The notes under the pieces are model-generated. The model worked only from the letters and a program-made list of their open reading frames with translations. It did not search any database and had not been told where the DNA came from. Shown here piece by piece: positions 1 to 12,993 of a DNA stretch of 64,000 nucleotides. Origin of the DNA: Azolla caroliniana (lineage: Eukaryota; Plantae; Polypodiophyta); contig JBHGNT010000002.1 of assembly GCA_043228905.1 (NCBI GenBank), positions 24,614,001 through 24,678,000 on the forward strand, read 5' to 3'. Both the position numbers and the translations under genes were made by a program. Position 1 is the first letter of the stretch, and every line of letters begins with the position of its first letter.

Positions 1-1045
1 TCACACATACACATCGAGGTGTAGTTGATATATCTAACGACAATTTAAGTTCTGCCACACAACACATTGAGGGGTAGTTGATATTATGTAATGACAATGA
101 CTATAATAAGGCGTGCCACCGTGCCATGCATGCACATTGAGGGTTTGGAGTAAACAAGTAATTGTGTTGTCAAGGTTACATGATTGTAAAGCATCCATAG
201 CAATGAGCAGGTGTGTGGATCATTGTGAGACAAAAAAAAGTATCATCAATGTAGGCCTGAATTGTAAAATGCTTACTATTGGACAATGGCAAAACTTGGA
301 AAAAACCAACTTAAACTATTTTGTCCATTGGTAGAAGAAGTGGATGTGTTGCAATTGCAAATAAGATGGTACTTGGGGACAACCATGTCTTATTGATTTG
401 AATGAGGTTTATGACTCTGTTACATATCCATAAAGAATACATGTTGATCTTTTTGGCGTAAGCAGATGATGACATTTGACCATTTTTGTCCAAATTCTAA
501 TCTTACCATTGTTGACTCGATAAGGTCCTTTTGTATTGTGTCAGAGATTTTCCTGCATCAACTTCCATAGTAAGTATATATTATATTCTTTTGTATATTT
601 TGCATATTCTATTCCATTGTTAGGATTTGCATTATTAGTAGTGATATGTGTCCCAGGTATAACCCATATTGGTTCATTTGGATTCATTTAACTTGAGGTT
701 CTTTACTTCTATTGGTTAACATTTTGGCCACTAGCTTGTAATTTCCCTGTTTGTATGTTAGGCCTTTGTTCGGCGAATATCTCACAAAACTTTCTTTTAG
801 GAAAGAGTTTAATTAGACCTTTTGTCTAAGAGGATGCTATAGTTATTCCACAATGACTTGTTTATCATGCACAATAATGCATCTTTTAGCATATACCAAA
901 GTTCACACACAGTTCTAAGGTGATTGCATTCCATCTTTAGGCTTCTCATTTCTCAAGACCTTTCAATGCTTTTGTAGTCCATCTAATGGGAAGGGTAATC
1001 CTAGCCTATTTGCTTCTCCTTAGGTAATCATGGGCTTGAACACGT

Positions 1046-1867
1046 TGTTGTGGAAATCCATGGCTTGCGGGTCAGCTCGGGCGGGACCACCGGGGTCTCA
1101 GACCGGGGAGAAAGGTGATGAGAGAATCAAGCTTCGTTGGTATCAACTACTACGACTAGGGCTCTGGCCTAGTTGTCATCTCTTCATGTCAATGGCTTGG
1201 CTTGTCAACTTCGTTTGGCTTGGTCAGTCAAACCAGATCGACTCTTAGTCATTCAGATGGGTCCCGCGGGCCCCCGACCATAGATACAACAACACATTTT
1301 ACATAGATACAACGCATTATGTATAACTATATGTATATATAAACGACATATTACATCCACGACATCGAGCCGAACGACAACAAATTGGGTACGACGAATA
1401 TCCTCTAGTGAGCACCCAATCGGGGAGCTCTCGAGCTCGCTCAACGGTTGGACCAAAAACTACCAAAACCTTGAGAGCGTTCGAGCTCTAGAAATATAGA
1501 GAACAAAAAAAAGCTATTGACCACAAACCCTAAGCCCCTAGAGAGGACTAAAACCTAAGAGAGAGAGAAAGACCAAAAACCGGGGAGGAGATAAGAAGAG
1601 CCCCTTCACCTCCCTTTATACTATATAGATCAAGGAGGGAGGGCCATTAGTAGTTACCCCACTGCCCAGTGCGTGTGCATGTGCACTAATGTACACATCA
1701 CATTTACTCCGGACAACTCTTTTGTCCACTTCTGCACCCTTACATTTTCCGTTATTCTCTCTTTTATTCCTATGTACATTTTCTCATGTGCATTTGCAAG
1801 TCGTTGCACATCCTCGTTTTATTCGTTGTACCCGATTTTCTCACCGTTGCCGGAAATCTTCATGACA
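1046..1867. mobile_element. Probable solo LTR (~820 bp)
   Basis: Starts TGTTGTGGAAAT and ends ATCTTCATGACA (TG...CA, imperfect inverted termini). Flanks are ACGT/ATGT, a 4-bp TSD with one CpG transition. The interior is more GC/CpG-rich than the flanks. Confidence 0.5.
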
Positions 1868-2098
1868 ATGTGACAAAAGAATTTCTCGAGCACTTTAAAC
1901 CTCTTGAATTTTTACAACACTATCTCTAAATATTCTTGGAAAATAATCCACACATTTATTTTATTTTATTTAAAGAAGATTTTAAATAATCCCACACATT
2001 TAAGTGCTAGTTGTTGTTGGTTATTAGTCCATATCCCTTGCTAAGTTTTTAATTATTTGATTGTTTCTCTTTATTTAGAACTTTGTAGACTTTTAACG

Positions 2099-2560
2099 AT
2101 GTCTTTAGAGGAGGATGCTTGTTGCCCAGTGAGATTTAACAAGAAAATACCATGAATACGTGAGATTTAACAAGAAAATACCATGAATACGTGAGATTTA
2201 ACAAGAAAATACCATGAATACGTGAGATTTAACAAGAAAATACCATGAATACGTGAGATTTAACAAGAAAATACCATGAATACGTGAGATTTAACAAGAA
2301 AATACCATGAATACGTGAGATTTAACAAGAAAATACCATGAATACCATTAAACGCTTGAGTGGGATTAAAACTTGCTTCTAAATTAACAATCTAGTAGAA
2401 CTTCCTTTGCGTGTATAAAACATTATATAGCCGACTAATTTGTTTGCCCAAAAAATTAGTATTGTTAATGTTCTTGAACACAAACAAGATTTGGTCCATT
2501 GAGCTAGTAATTATTTCCATTTTCCAGGGTTATAGTATCTTATAGCTTCCCCTTATATTA
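2099..2560 (+). mobile_element. Degenerate Ty1/copia-like gag 5' remnant
   Basis: ATG at 2099 reads MSLEEDACCPVRFNK, resembling the copia gag 'PxxFNGxNYxxW' start. The frame is lost afterwards. Confidence 0.3.
2129..2345. repeat. Perfect tandem array, 7 x 31 bp (GTGAGATTTAACAAGAAAATACCATGAATAC)
   Basis: Identical units start at 2129, 2160, 2191, 2222, 2253, 2284 and 2315, with no spacers. Confidence 0.97.
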
Positions 2561-4444
2561 TAAGCAACACACTTCAATTCAACATACTAGGTTCATTCAA
2601 GTAGATATTAGTGTCCCACAAGATGCAAAACTAATTTATGCTACATGCTCACAGAGGACAAGCAAGTCTTGCTAAACTTGTTGCAATTGATCACAAGAAA
2701 TGTTTATGATTCCTTGAGAAATTTAAAACTTCCACCCAAACTAGACATTGATGTCTTATCAATTTTTGATAATCTTTCATTAATGATCATGGCAAAACAT
2801 GAGTGAGACTCTTGTAAAACAATTGCTTGGGTTTTGCTTCATTCAATAACACCTTGTAGAAGCCTCAAGCATCAAACTACAATCCACTTAATGTATATTG
2901 TTAAGGAAAATAATGTTATACTTTTTAGTTTTAACAGCTGTGTAAGGCTTAGTTTTCTAACTTAAAATATTGGTCATAGGACAAATATATGTAAGAAACT
3001 TGACCATTTTGTAGTTTGTGGAGGACTACCATTTATTAGGTAAAAATAGTTAATGGCCAATAAGATTGTAATGTGAGAGGAACCCTTTAGGTTTTCCAAC
3101 TTGCATAAAAGGGCAAGCGCTCTTATGTAGAAGGCGTCTTTGGGTGCCCAACTATGGGGCTGATTTTTGGATCTCATTCTACCCTTTTTATATTCAATAA
3201 GAGCCACTTTTCTTGTTAAGTATCTAACATCCATGATCCAGGACAAGAACCATGAAGACATCGTCACAAGAATACATAGAAATATCAAAGGAACACTAGA
3301 AAAAAGGGGGAGATAGTCTCACCCTAAACTAGAGGGCAAATGACCTACCATTTGGAAAATCGTCTCAAAGACTGTCCTTCAACCATCATTCATCCTCTCA
3401 TTTTGGATTAGCTTCTTTCTTCTTGCTAGACATAATGATCATTATTTACTAGCTAAAGTTTTACATAAAAACTTGCATTCACATTGAAACTAGTACCACA
3501 AATTCTTCTTCAAACCCTACTTTCTATGCCATACACATGCTCGCTTGCTTTGTCTTTCACATGTGTGAATGACTTCTCTGTGAAAACATATATTTGTACT
3601 TGATGTGGGCGCGGTGGATGTAATGCATGCAACATCAGACAACGGCAACGACAACAACAACAATTGTGGTTAAAACGGTAGGGGCTACAACTACTACAAT
3701 GACAACAATTGTGAAGGCGATGGAAAGCACTCACTGCTTCATCAACAATGGTAGAGCTTATGCGTCTCCCTCTCAACTATTCTTTTTCTCAATGTTTCTC
3801 TAGAAATATTGTGATGATAATGTAACTATTCTTTACTACCACTACATGATGCAATAATGTGCATCTTTAAGATGGCTAATGTTCAAGTAGTACCTCTAAT
3901 CGAAGACATTAAGAGTATCGTGAGTAAAAGGAATGAATTTAAAAGAGATGGCCGAAGTTTCAACTGGACTTGAATTATGGGTGCAGGGTAGTTCACATCT
4001 TCATAGATATGTCTATGTCACCAAGTCTTTCTATGAGACAATGCCTAGATCGTGATACAAATGACACTCGTGATGAGTGCTACCCAAATTAATAGGTACA
4101 AACTAGCTTTGCATTCGTGCCAGAGGGAATACAGTTTACCATAAAACCGTAGATAGAGGAGGAATACCTTTGAGGGATGGTGAGGGTCAATGAGTGAATG
4201 GAGAACAAGAGCTCAAGCCATTAGGTGTAGGCACAACGAGGTTGAATTTTCAGCGTTGTTTCTGTTTGACCCGAGGTTGATCGATGTAGCCATGAGTAGG
4301 TTGAATTGAGCTCCCCAAGAAATGGGAGAAGAATCAAATCTTTGGCTACATGCCTAGTGAAGAATGAGCCGTCGACTTGTGGGTAGGGGGGGAGTCGGGA
4401 CCCTTGAGGCCATTACGAAAGTGAGTCTACAAACCCAAAGCATT

Positions 4445-4870
<426 letters not shown>

Positions 4871-4952
4871 CTCTGATGAAGAGCTTCTAGAAGCTTTCCA
4901 GAAAAACAATTCTTGGGACCCGTCAGAATCCTGTTCATTCTCCAAAGCTTCG

Positions 4953-7483
4953 ATGGACATGGCAAAATCTTGGAACTTACCCATACGCCATAGCATCGAA
5001 AACTCTGCTAAGACCCACCTTCCCTTCCTTCCCCTGCACTCAAAAAGCTTCAAAACACTGCTAATTGTTTCTACTTCAGAACCCAAATCATCACAAAATG
5101 TGGTTTTAGAAGAACCTATGAGTAGTGCATCTTCTGGTTCGTCATTATATTTGCATGATCAGAAGAGAGAAGGTTTTTTTATGAGGAGATTCTTGGCCGT
5201 TTCTCTGCTTTCCATGGGATCTGTCATTGCTGAGCCATGTTTGGCAAGTCCAGATAGTGGTAAAGTTAAAGTAGGGAAGAAAAGCCCTTTCAATGAACAG
5301 AGGATTTTAGAGCAGAATAGAAGAATGCAATCCCTTAATAGTGTTCCAGATGATTTTCCAGGTTTTGTTAGAGAAGGTATTTATAGCTTCTAAATTCTTT
5401 TTTTGAATTGGTTTCATATAATTTATCTTTAAATTCTCGTTAATTATACCAATTGCCATGACTTGCTTTATGTCTTATCTTATTGTCAATGAAACATTTG
5501 TTGTTAATGCACTGCTTAGTAATGAATTTGTATAATGTTATTTTGCCCATGGGAATGTGAACAATGCACCAGTTACCATGGCTTGTATCATGTTGTCTTT
5601 GACATTGCAATCACCATTAATGCACCTGTTAATCATGAATTATAATAAATATATCATGGAAATTGGTAATAATGAAACTCTCATCATAAGTTTTATCATA
5701 CCTAAGAAATTTCTACTATTCTGCATACTTATCATGGACTAAATCATATTGTTTGCTCATGGAGATTGCTATTATTGCACTTCTTATCATGGATTTGGTC
5801 ATATTTTCTTTCATGGTTATGGTCATTAATGCACTAATTATAATCATGGTATATGGCACCATGATAATGCCATTAATGGACCTTCTGTCATTGTGTATTT
5901 TGTATTTTTCAGCATTTTGATTTTCTCTGATTACACTACTTATCATGGATTCTCTTCGCATAATTTGTTGACCATGGCAAATGGTTCAATGTCTTGCAAG
6001 TTTTGGTTAGTTGGATGCCTTTAAATACGTACATTCTTTACTTGGTGTACAAAAGTCATAGCCAAAATTCTTCTTTTTAGTCATGACTAAGAGTGACTGA
6101 TTTCTGAAATGTTTGATGGTAACACGTGTAGTTTGAAGGTGTGATTCTTAACACATATAGTTTAAGGCGTAATTCATTACACAAAGGTAGTTGCATGTTG
6201 CAAGTCATAACATAAGGATAGTTTCCAAGCCAATTCATTACATGAGAGTAGTTTTAAAATGTAATTCATAACAGAAGAAGTAGTTCCATTGCTAGAAAAA
6301 ACATTTGTTTGCATGAACAGGGTATAATGTGAAAGTAGTGACAACTGATAAGTATGTGAAATGTGATTCCGGGCTTCTTTATTTGGACATCGAAGAAGGT
6401 CAAGGAGATTTACCTAAGGAAGGCCAAGAGGTAAGAATTTTGGTTTGTTATAATGCTCATCCTTGTAGCTTTTATATGGGACACATACACGTGCGAAAAA
6501 TCAAACAAAAAGCTTCTATTTGTGGAATTTTTAGTGGAGTTATATGTTTTGGATATTACATGTGCTCTTCTTAGAGGAATATTCCCTCGAAGAGATATGC
6601 TTGCTAGAGGAACACTCCCCCTAGAGAGATATTCTTGCCTGAGGAATACTCCTCTCAAGAGATATGATTTGAGAGTAAATATTCCCTTTTCCTTGATCTT
6701 TTCCCTCTTGCTTTGTTTCAGGTTATATTCCATTATATAGGTTACAATGAATCGGGTCGCAGGGTTGATAGTACTTATCAACAAGGTCGGCCAGCTAAGA
6801 GTCGACTCGGCATCAAAGCGATGATTCCAGGTCTATTTCTCTAAACGCAAATAACCCTTCGTGTCAGCATAACAAAACATTGTAATGTTCGATTGGAACT
6901 CAGAAGCTTATGATTTTAATGCTTCTAGTTATGAATTTCGTTGAAATACGATGTTCTTTGTGTCCAGAAGCTAATTTCGTGAGAAGGTTATAATTTTGAA
7001 CGATTATTCAATAAAAAAAATGTGAAGAAGAAGAAGAAGATAGAGAAGATAGAAAAGCATATGAAATATTGATCTTTGTCCCTGAATGCTTATAATTTTG
7101 AGAAATGCATGATTTTTTGGTAAAATAACAAGAAGTATTGTAGCAACTCATTGAGATTAATCCAATGGCAGGGTTCGAGGAAGGTATTCAATCAATGAGA
7201 GTGGGCGGAAAGCGGAGGATCATTGTTCCTCCTGAGCTCGGCCCCCCGGTAAGAGAAGCCATTCAATAACACACATCTGTTGAGTTCTCACACACACAAA
7301 ATAAACATGTATTTAAAAAGAAATTTGTTAGTTGAGATATATATAGCACTGGTTCTTTTTCAGGTTGGACCATCAACGTTCTTTAGTGCCAAGCAATTCG
7401 AGGTGTTTGATGTTGAGCTTCTTGAAGCCAAGGATTGTACAAGGAGAACCATTGGGTTCTATTCCGATGTTGTTTGTGAATAA
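4953..7483 (+). CDS. FKBP20-2: Thylakoid-lumen FKBP-type peptidyl-prolyl isomerase FKBP20-2 (~279 aa). Exons 4953-5376, 6321-6430, 6722-6830, 7172-7248, 7364-7483
   Basis: All introns are GT-AG and in phase. The spliced product reads ...VIFHYIGYNESGRRVDSTYQQG...GFEEGIQSMRVGGKRRIIVPPELGPPVGPSTFFSAKQFEVFDVELL...CTRRTIGFYSDVVCE, matching FKBP20-2 including the C-terminal Cys pair. The N-terminus has a Ser-rich transit peptide and a twin-Arg (RRFL) lumen signal. Confidence 0.93.
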
Positions 7484-8162
7484 AGTTATGTTCTCAAGGG
7501 GCTTGTATCGATGATACGATCATTTTTGTGTCAAACATCTATACATAGTTCTTCATTTTGCCATGCTTCTTCATACATAGCCTTTTTTTGTAGCATGTGA
7601 AAAAACATGCCAGGGTGAGAAGTGGAAGACACCTGGTGAGGATTGTGGAGGAATTCTTTTTAAAGGAAGATTTATTGCTCTCTAATCGGGTTTGTAGACT
7701 GGATACATTTTTGATATGGTAGATTCAAATGTCAAACTTTGCATTGGGCAACTCGATCCATACGAGGGCGAGGAAGGATAATCAGAACACAGAAATGATG
7801 GAGTTAAGCTTGAACTAAGAAATGTGGATCCAATGGAAGTTGAGTATGTCAAATGGAGAATAAGCTCAATGTTGAGAATGTCAAATGGGAAATAAGCTCA
7901 TGTAATATACATGCATAGGATAAATGTGATCACAAAGGAGACACTTGCAAATGTGATGATCCTTGCATTTGCAAGATGTGGCCATGATGGTGACACAAGA
8001 CTTACAAGGTTCTCATTGTTGTGAGTCCAAGATGGTTTGCTTAACATGAAGTGAGGCTATTTGATATATCTCATAACGAGCACATTTTTATGTTGGTTTA
8101 TCACATTAGGGAGAGATAGGTGGGAGGTGGATTGCAACCTATACAAGGCGCGTGTGCACTGT

Positions 8163-8164
<2 letters not shown>

Positions 8165-8216
<52 letters not shown>

Positions 8217-8230
8217 TCTCTCTCTCTCTC
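8165..8230. repeat. (AC)n followed by (CT)n microsatellite
   Basis: Directly visible. Confidence 0.95.
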
Positions 8231-10861
8231 TATTAATTACACAAATGGAACAATTAGACTGTGCCAAGAACTTTTGCCAACATTATTCATGACATATTCA
8301 TCAATGAATGCTTTGATGATGATGATGTCGTTAATGATCCAACTTTTTATGTTCTTCGTATTCTTCAAAGATTAGCATTATGTATATAATTTCTTCTAAT
8401 CTGATCGCATTTGCTGTATTGGTGGCCACAAACATCAATAGGCTTAAATTTTGATCTTATTCATCTCAAAAGTCAATCTAACAAAGTCTTCTCCAAAGTT
8501 TGTTATACATAAAAATAGATTTCTCCCATTAATCTGGATTACAACAATCTTTCCAAGTCTCATTCATGTTTTTTATCTTTAAACTTCTCATCCTCATAAT
8601 AGAAAATCGTCTTTCTTATTTACATTTTTCTGGATTAATCAATGTGCACGAATCTTTCCCAAAATCGTTGTATAAGACTTATGTATACTTTTGATTTGCT
8701 CAAATTGTTATGCAACAAATGATGACACAATGCAATAATCAAATTTCGCACAATATATAGCTTTCATATGAATTGTTCATGTTAGCATTTTCCATGTCAT
8801 TCATCACTTCATCACCTTTATACATTTGACCCAAAACGCAGTGAAATGCTACCAATATTACTAAGGAGAAGCAAATGGAAAGATTCAATAATAATTGAAT
8901 CAAGATGCTCTTTAATGATACCAATATTTTGACATGCCTCTTCAAGTTTTACTTTCAACATGACAACATGTTAAGCTCTCTCCAAGCATGTCACAATAAA
9001 AATTCGATGAATCAGAATTGATGCAAACTCTTTTAATCACTTACAATCTTGATCACCAAATTTAGATTTTTAGTTTAGATAAATATTTAATGAAGCTATA
9101 CAGCTAAATAGTACTCGCCTAGGAGTCTGTGAAAGAATAAAGCATTTGGTGCATGTTGTACATATTTTTGGTGTTGCATATATATATATATATATATATA
9201 TATTTGGTGTGCTATCTATTAGTTACAACTTACTACTAGCTAGGAGCCATATAGGAGCTATAATCATTTTACATATTTTATGTTTTGTTTTGGATGGATA
9301 AGAGACATATTTCTTCCCTATAAATCTTGAAGAGCAAAAATTCTCTATTCAAAAGTCCTATGACTCTTTCAAAATAATTGAAACTTTGTAGAAGGATGTT
9401 TGTGTGGTGTTATTAGAGGAGAGAGGGTGGATGCACACATGTGTATATATGTGTAACATTTTACAAGAAATATGTGTGGGATGGTTAATGAATGAGAAGA
9501 GAGAGACAATAATATGTGTGTCTTCTCCATGTTTTATCCTTGTAGGCTATGTCGGTGAAGTTAGTCAAACAATTCTTGCCAAAGGAACGTCCAAGATATT
9601 GTTGTTCTATGCCAGTAGATGGACAAGTAAGGTGTTGACTTTACCATCCACCATGCATCTTTGAGTGATTGGGTTTGGTAGCTGGCTTACCATGATGTCA
9701 ACATTTGAGTGTGCAAACTTTAGTGGGATACAATGGTAACATATATGTTTCTTTCACGTTTACTTTAAATGTGTTCATCATCACCATTTTCTAATAATGT
9801 TATGTAACTCTAATCAAGACATTCATGACCGACGGTGATGAGATGACCTTTCGATGCAAGATAAGGGTCACCACAGTTGCAACATTTAAATGCATGTCCA
9901 TGCTAAAATGGATAAATAACATTTTTTTAATCATGAAAAATAGGACATAATAAATTCACTTACCTTATTGGAAGATATTGGTTCCAATTTGCAAGAGGTG
10001 AGAAATAATGTTGAGTTTCAACGAAACTTGTAATAAACCGTCACATAAATTTGTTGTAATTATGTGTTTATGTATCTCTATCATTGTGTTGTTTTATTCT
10101 AAAACATTTGTAACTATACAAATATTGTTCCTAATAAAGGTAAACCCCAACAAAATAGCCTCATATGTTTTGAAACTCGACGACTCTAGTACATTAAAAT
10201 CGAGAGGTTTTTGTTAGGTGAAGTTGTTGGGTATAAAAATACATAATGCACTTATATGGAACCAAAGTGTCGATTCTTGATAGTTTTCAACTCTAAATTG
10301 GGAAATCATTAAGGAAGAAGCGAGAGCTTGTGTGCCCCAAGTTAAGCGAACTCATGGCACGTTAAGCCCCCAAAAAAGGTATCATCGTGTAGGTAGATTG
10401 CTAATGGTGTGAACTCCTAACTGTAAGTGGCAATGTAGAAAACAAGGTTGGTTAAATAACTTCTTAGGATGACCCTAGTTAAGTTAAACCCCACGTGACA
10501 ACTCTGGAAGGCCCTCATGTCCAAAGCTCCTAGTAATTATCTCCGAGGTCAATGGTTAGAACTTAAGAGTGACCTTGGATAAAGTTAGTAGATGGATAGT
10601 GGGTGGATACATGGCATTGTAAACTTTGCCAATATGTTTTTGATGGTTAAAGAAGGCAAGTAACGGCAAATGACAGTTATTTGGGTTGGTGAGCAGATAG
10701 ACAAATGAATAAATTCGTGTCAAAAGCAAAAGAGCAAATCATAGTCATGGTCATGGTATTTTTAAGAGGAGACATAGAGATAGAGATAAGATAGAGATAG
10801 AGATAGATAGAGATAATGGGGTGCATGCATATCTAGAGGTAGGTTAGCAAGGTATTAGGTG

Positions 10862-12993
10862 ATGATGGACAAGTGTGAGATGGTAGACACTGTGATTGTT
10901 GGGGCTGGCATCTCTGGCCTTTGCATGGCCATCAAACTTCTGATGTCCGGCCGGACATCCTTCATCATCCTCGAGAAATCGGCTGGAGTCGGTGGTGTTT
11001 GGAACTCAAACCGGTACCCGGGTTGTGCTTGTGACATGCCCTCCCATCTCTATTCCTTCTCCTTCCACCGAGACCCTTCGGCCTGGTCTTCGCTCTACGC
11101 CACTCGTGCCGAGATCCACTCCTACCTTGCCGATTGTGCTCGGTCCCAAGGTGTCCTGCCTCATGTCCGCTTTCACACTGAGGCATTGTCTGCCACGTGG
11201 GACGATCGCACCGCAATCTGGCGCATCCTTGGCGCCCATCGTCAGCATGACCATGACCATGACCATGACCATGATGATGATGATGGTTTCTTTGAGATCC
11301 ATGCCCGCTTCCTAGTGCGCGCCATTGGACCGTGGCACATGCCCAAGATCCCCGACAAGACAAGTGTCCCCGGGATAGATCTCTTCGCGGGGCCTTCTTT
11401 CCATTCGAGTGCTTGGGACCCTAGCATTGACCTCCGGGATCGCGTGGTTGCGGTGGTGGGCATGGGCGCCAGTGCCATCCAGATCGTGCCCGAAGTCGCG
11501 CCTATTGCGAGAAAGCTCTACATTTGCCAACGCACCCCGGCATGGGTCCTTCCAAAACTCGAGGCCAGCATCCCTCCGGCCGTCCAATGCCTCTTGCGAC
11601 GCTTCCCAACACTTCTTTGCGGCTTGTTGTGGTGGACCTTCTTGTTTGTGGTAGAGCTCTACCTTTGGGCATTGTTGGGTGGGCCTAGACGACGGAGAAT
11701 GGGTGCTATGCTAGCGAAACGGCATTTGTATAGGTCGATTCATGATCCTACTCTCCGTGCCGCGTTGCTACCGACGTATGAGTTTGGCAATTTCGGTTGT
11801 CGCCGTTTCCTCACCTCTAGCACCTTCTATCCCACGTTGTCCCGCTCCAATGTCGAACTCCTCCCAGGTATAGTTCTTTCATGGTTTCAGACTTTGGCCA
11901 GCCAATGATTTGTGGGTACCATGAGGGACTATGATGTTTAGTTCCCTCACTTAGACTAAATAGTTGGCTCTAGCATCTAGATGGCCATTGTCTCCTAGAC
12001 ACATATACAGGCTCTCAAGTATTGGTGCAAACCTTTAGAAAAAAATTTATGTGCCCCATATGATTACATCCTCCCATGACCACATGTTACTCTCTTCTAA
12101 TTGTCTTTTTGATTCCCCAATTGTTGACTAGTCAACCTCTTGATGATAATAAAATACATCTCACGGGTACACCACAATAAAACATATGGTAGATAATAAA
12201 GAACAAAAGTGTTGACAAGGGGAAGGCTAGCAAGAATGTGATGGAGAGCACTAGTATGGTCCTTCCATGACCATAAGACTACTTAAATGTTAGATGAATA
12301 TAGAGGCACTTTAGTTTATTTGGAACCTTAGCTTTATTGATATTGATCAAAACTATACCTTTAGTCTTTACAATCTTAGTTTGGGACCTTAGCTTTATTG
12401 ATATTGATCAAAACTATATCATTAGTCTTTACAATCTTAGCTTCATGCCTCTCACTATCGTTCTCCTTCTTGTTCATTCAGGTGGCCTTCGAGAAGTTCG
12501 TCCTCATAGCATTGTTGTGAAAGACCAATCACAAGGTGTGGATGTCGAGAAAGACGTTGACGTCATTATCTATGCTACTGGTTTCGACATTCACTATCCC
12601 AACTTCGACATTGTTGGTTTAAATGGTATTCATCTCAAACATGCTAGCTCGAACTCCCTCCTTGGGGTGACCAAACATGGATTTCCAAATCTCTTCATGA
12701 TCCTTAACCCATATAATGGACTAGTGTTGACTAGCTTAACACTTGTAGCTGAAATCCAAGCTTCTTATATCCTTAGTTGCATGAGTCTACTTACACCCAC
12801 AAATAGATTACAACCTCGATCATTGGAAACTCGGGAAACAAGTCAACAACGATTCCAAGATCGTCTCACAAAGAAGTCTTGGAAAACTTGCCATACTACA
12901 CCACTCAACAAACCCATCTTCTGGACATTCTCTACAATCGATTACATATATGATGCATGTTTTGCCTCACCCTCAGATTATATTATCAAGTGA
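10862..12993 (+). CDS. Type I Baeyer-Villiger monooxygenase, FAD/NADPH-dependent (~505 aa). Exons 10862-11867 and 12482-12993
   Basis: FAD Rossmann motif VIVGAGISG. BVMO fingerprints GGVWNSNRYPGCACD and FAGPSFHSSAWD. NADPH Rossmann VAVVGMGASAIQ, QRTPAW, catalytic-Arg region GCRR, DVIIYATGF and GFPNLF. A phase-1 GT-AG intron (11868-12481) joins the two ORFs in frame. Confidence 0.9.
12319..12440. repeat. ~61-bp tandem duplication near the 3' end of the BVMO intron
   Basis: TTTGGRACCTTAGCTTTATTGATATTGATCAAAACTATA...TTAGTCTTTACAATCTTAG occurs twice in a row. Confidence 0.85.

Noticed and set aside
2129-2345. CRISPR-like array (31-bp repeats)
   Set aside because: Units are head-to-tail with no spacers, there are no cas genes, and the context is eukaryotic.
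10330-10520. Possible 5S-rRNA-containing Cassandra/TRIM element (GTTAAGCG)
   Set aside because: The match is too short, and the internal C-box and paired LTRs were not found.
10965-11654. Several overlapping alternative-frame ORFs in BVMO exon 1
   Set aside because: Expected shadow ORFs of a GC-rich exon, with no recognisable motifs.
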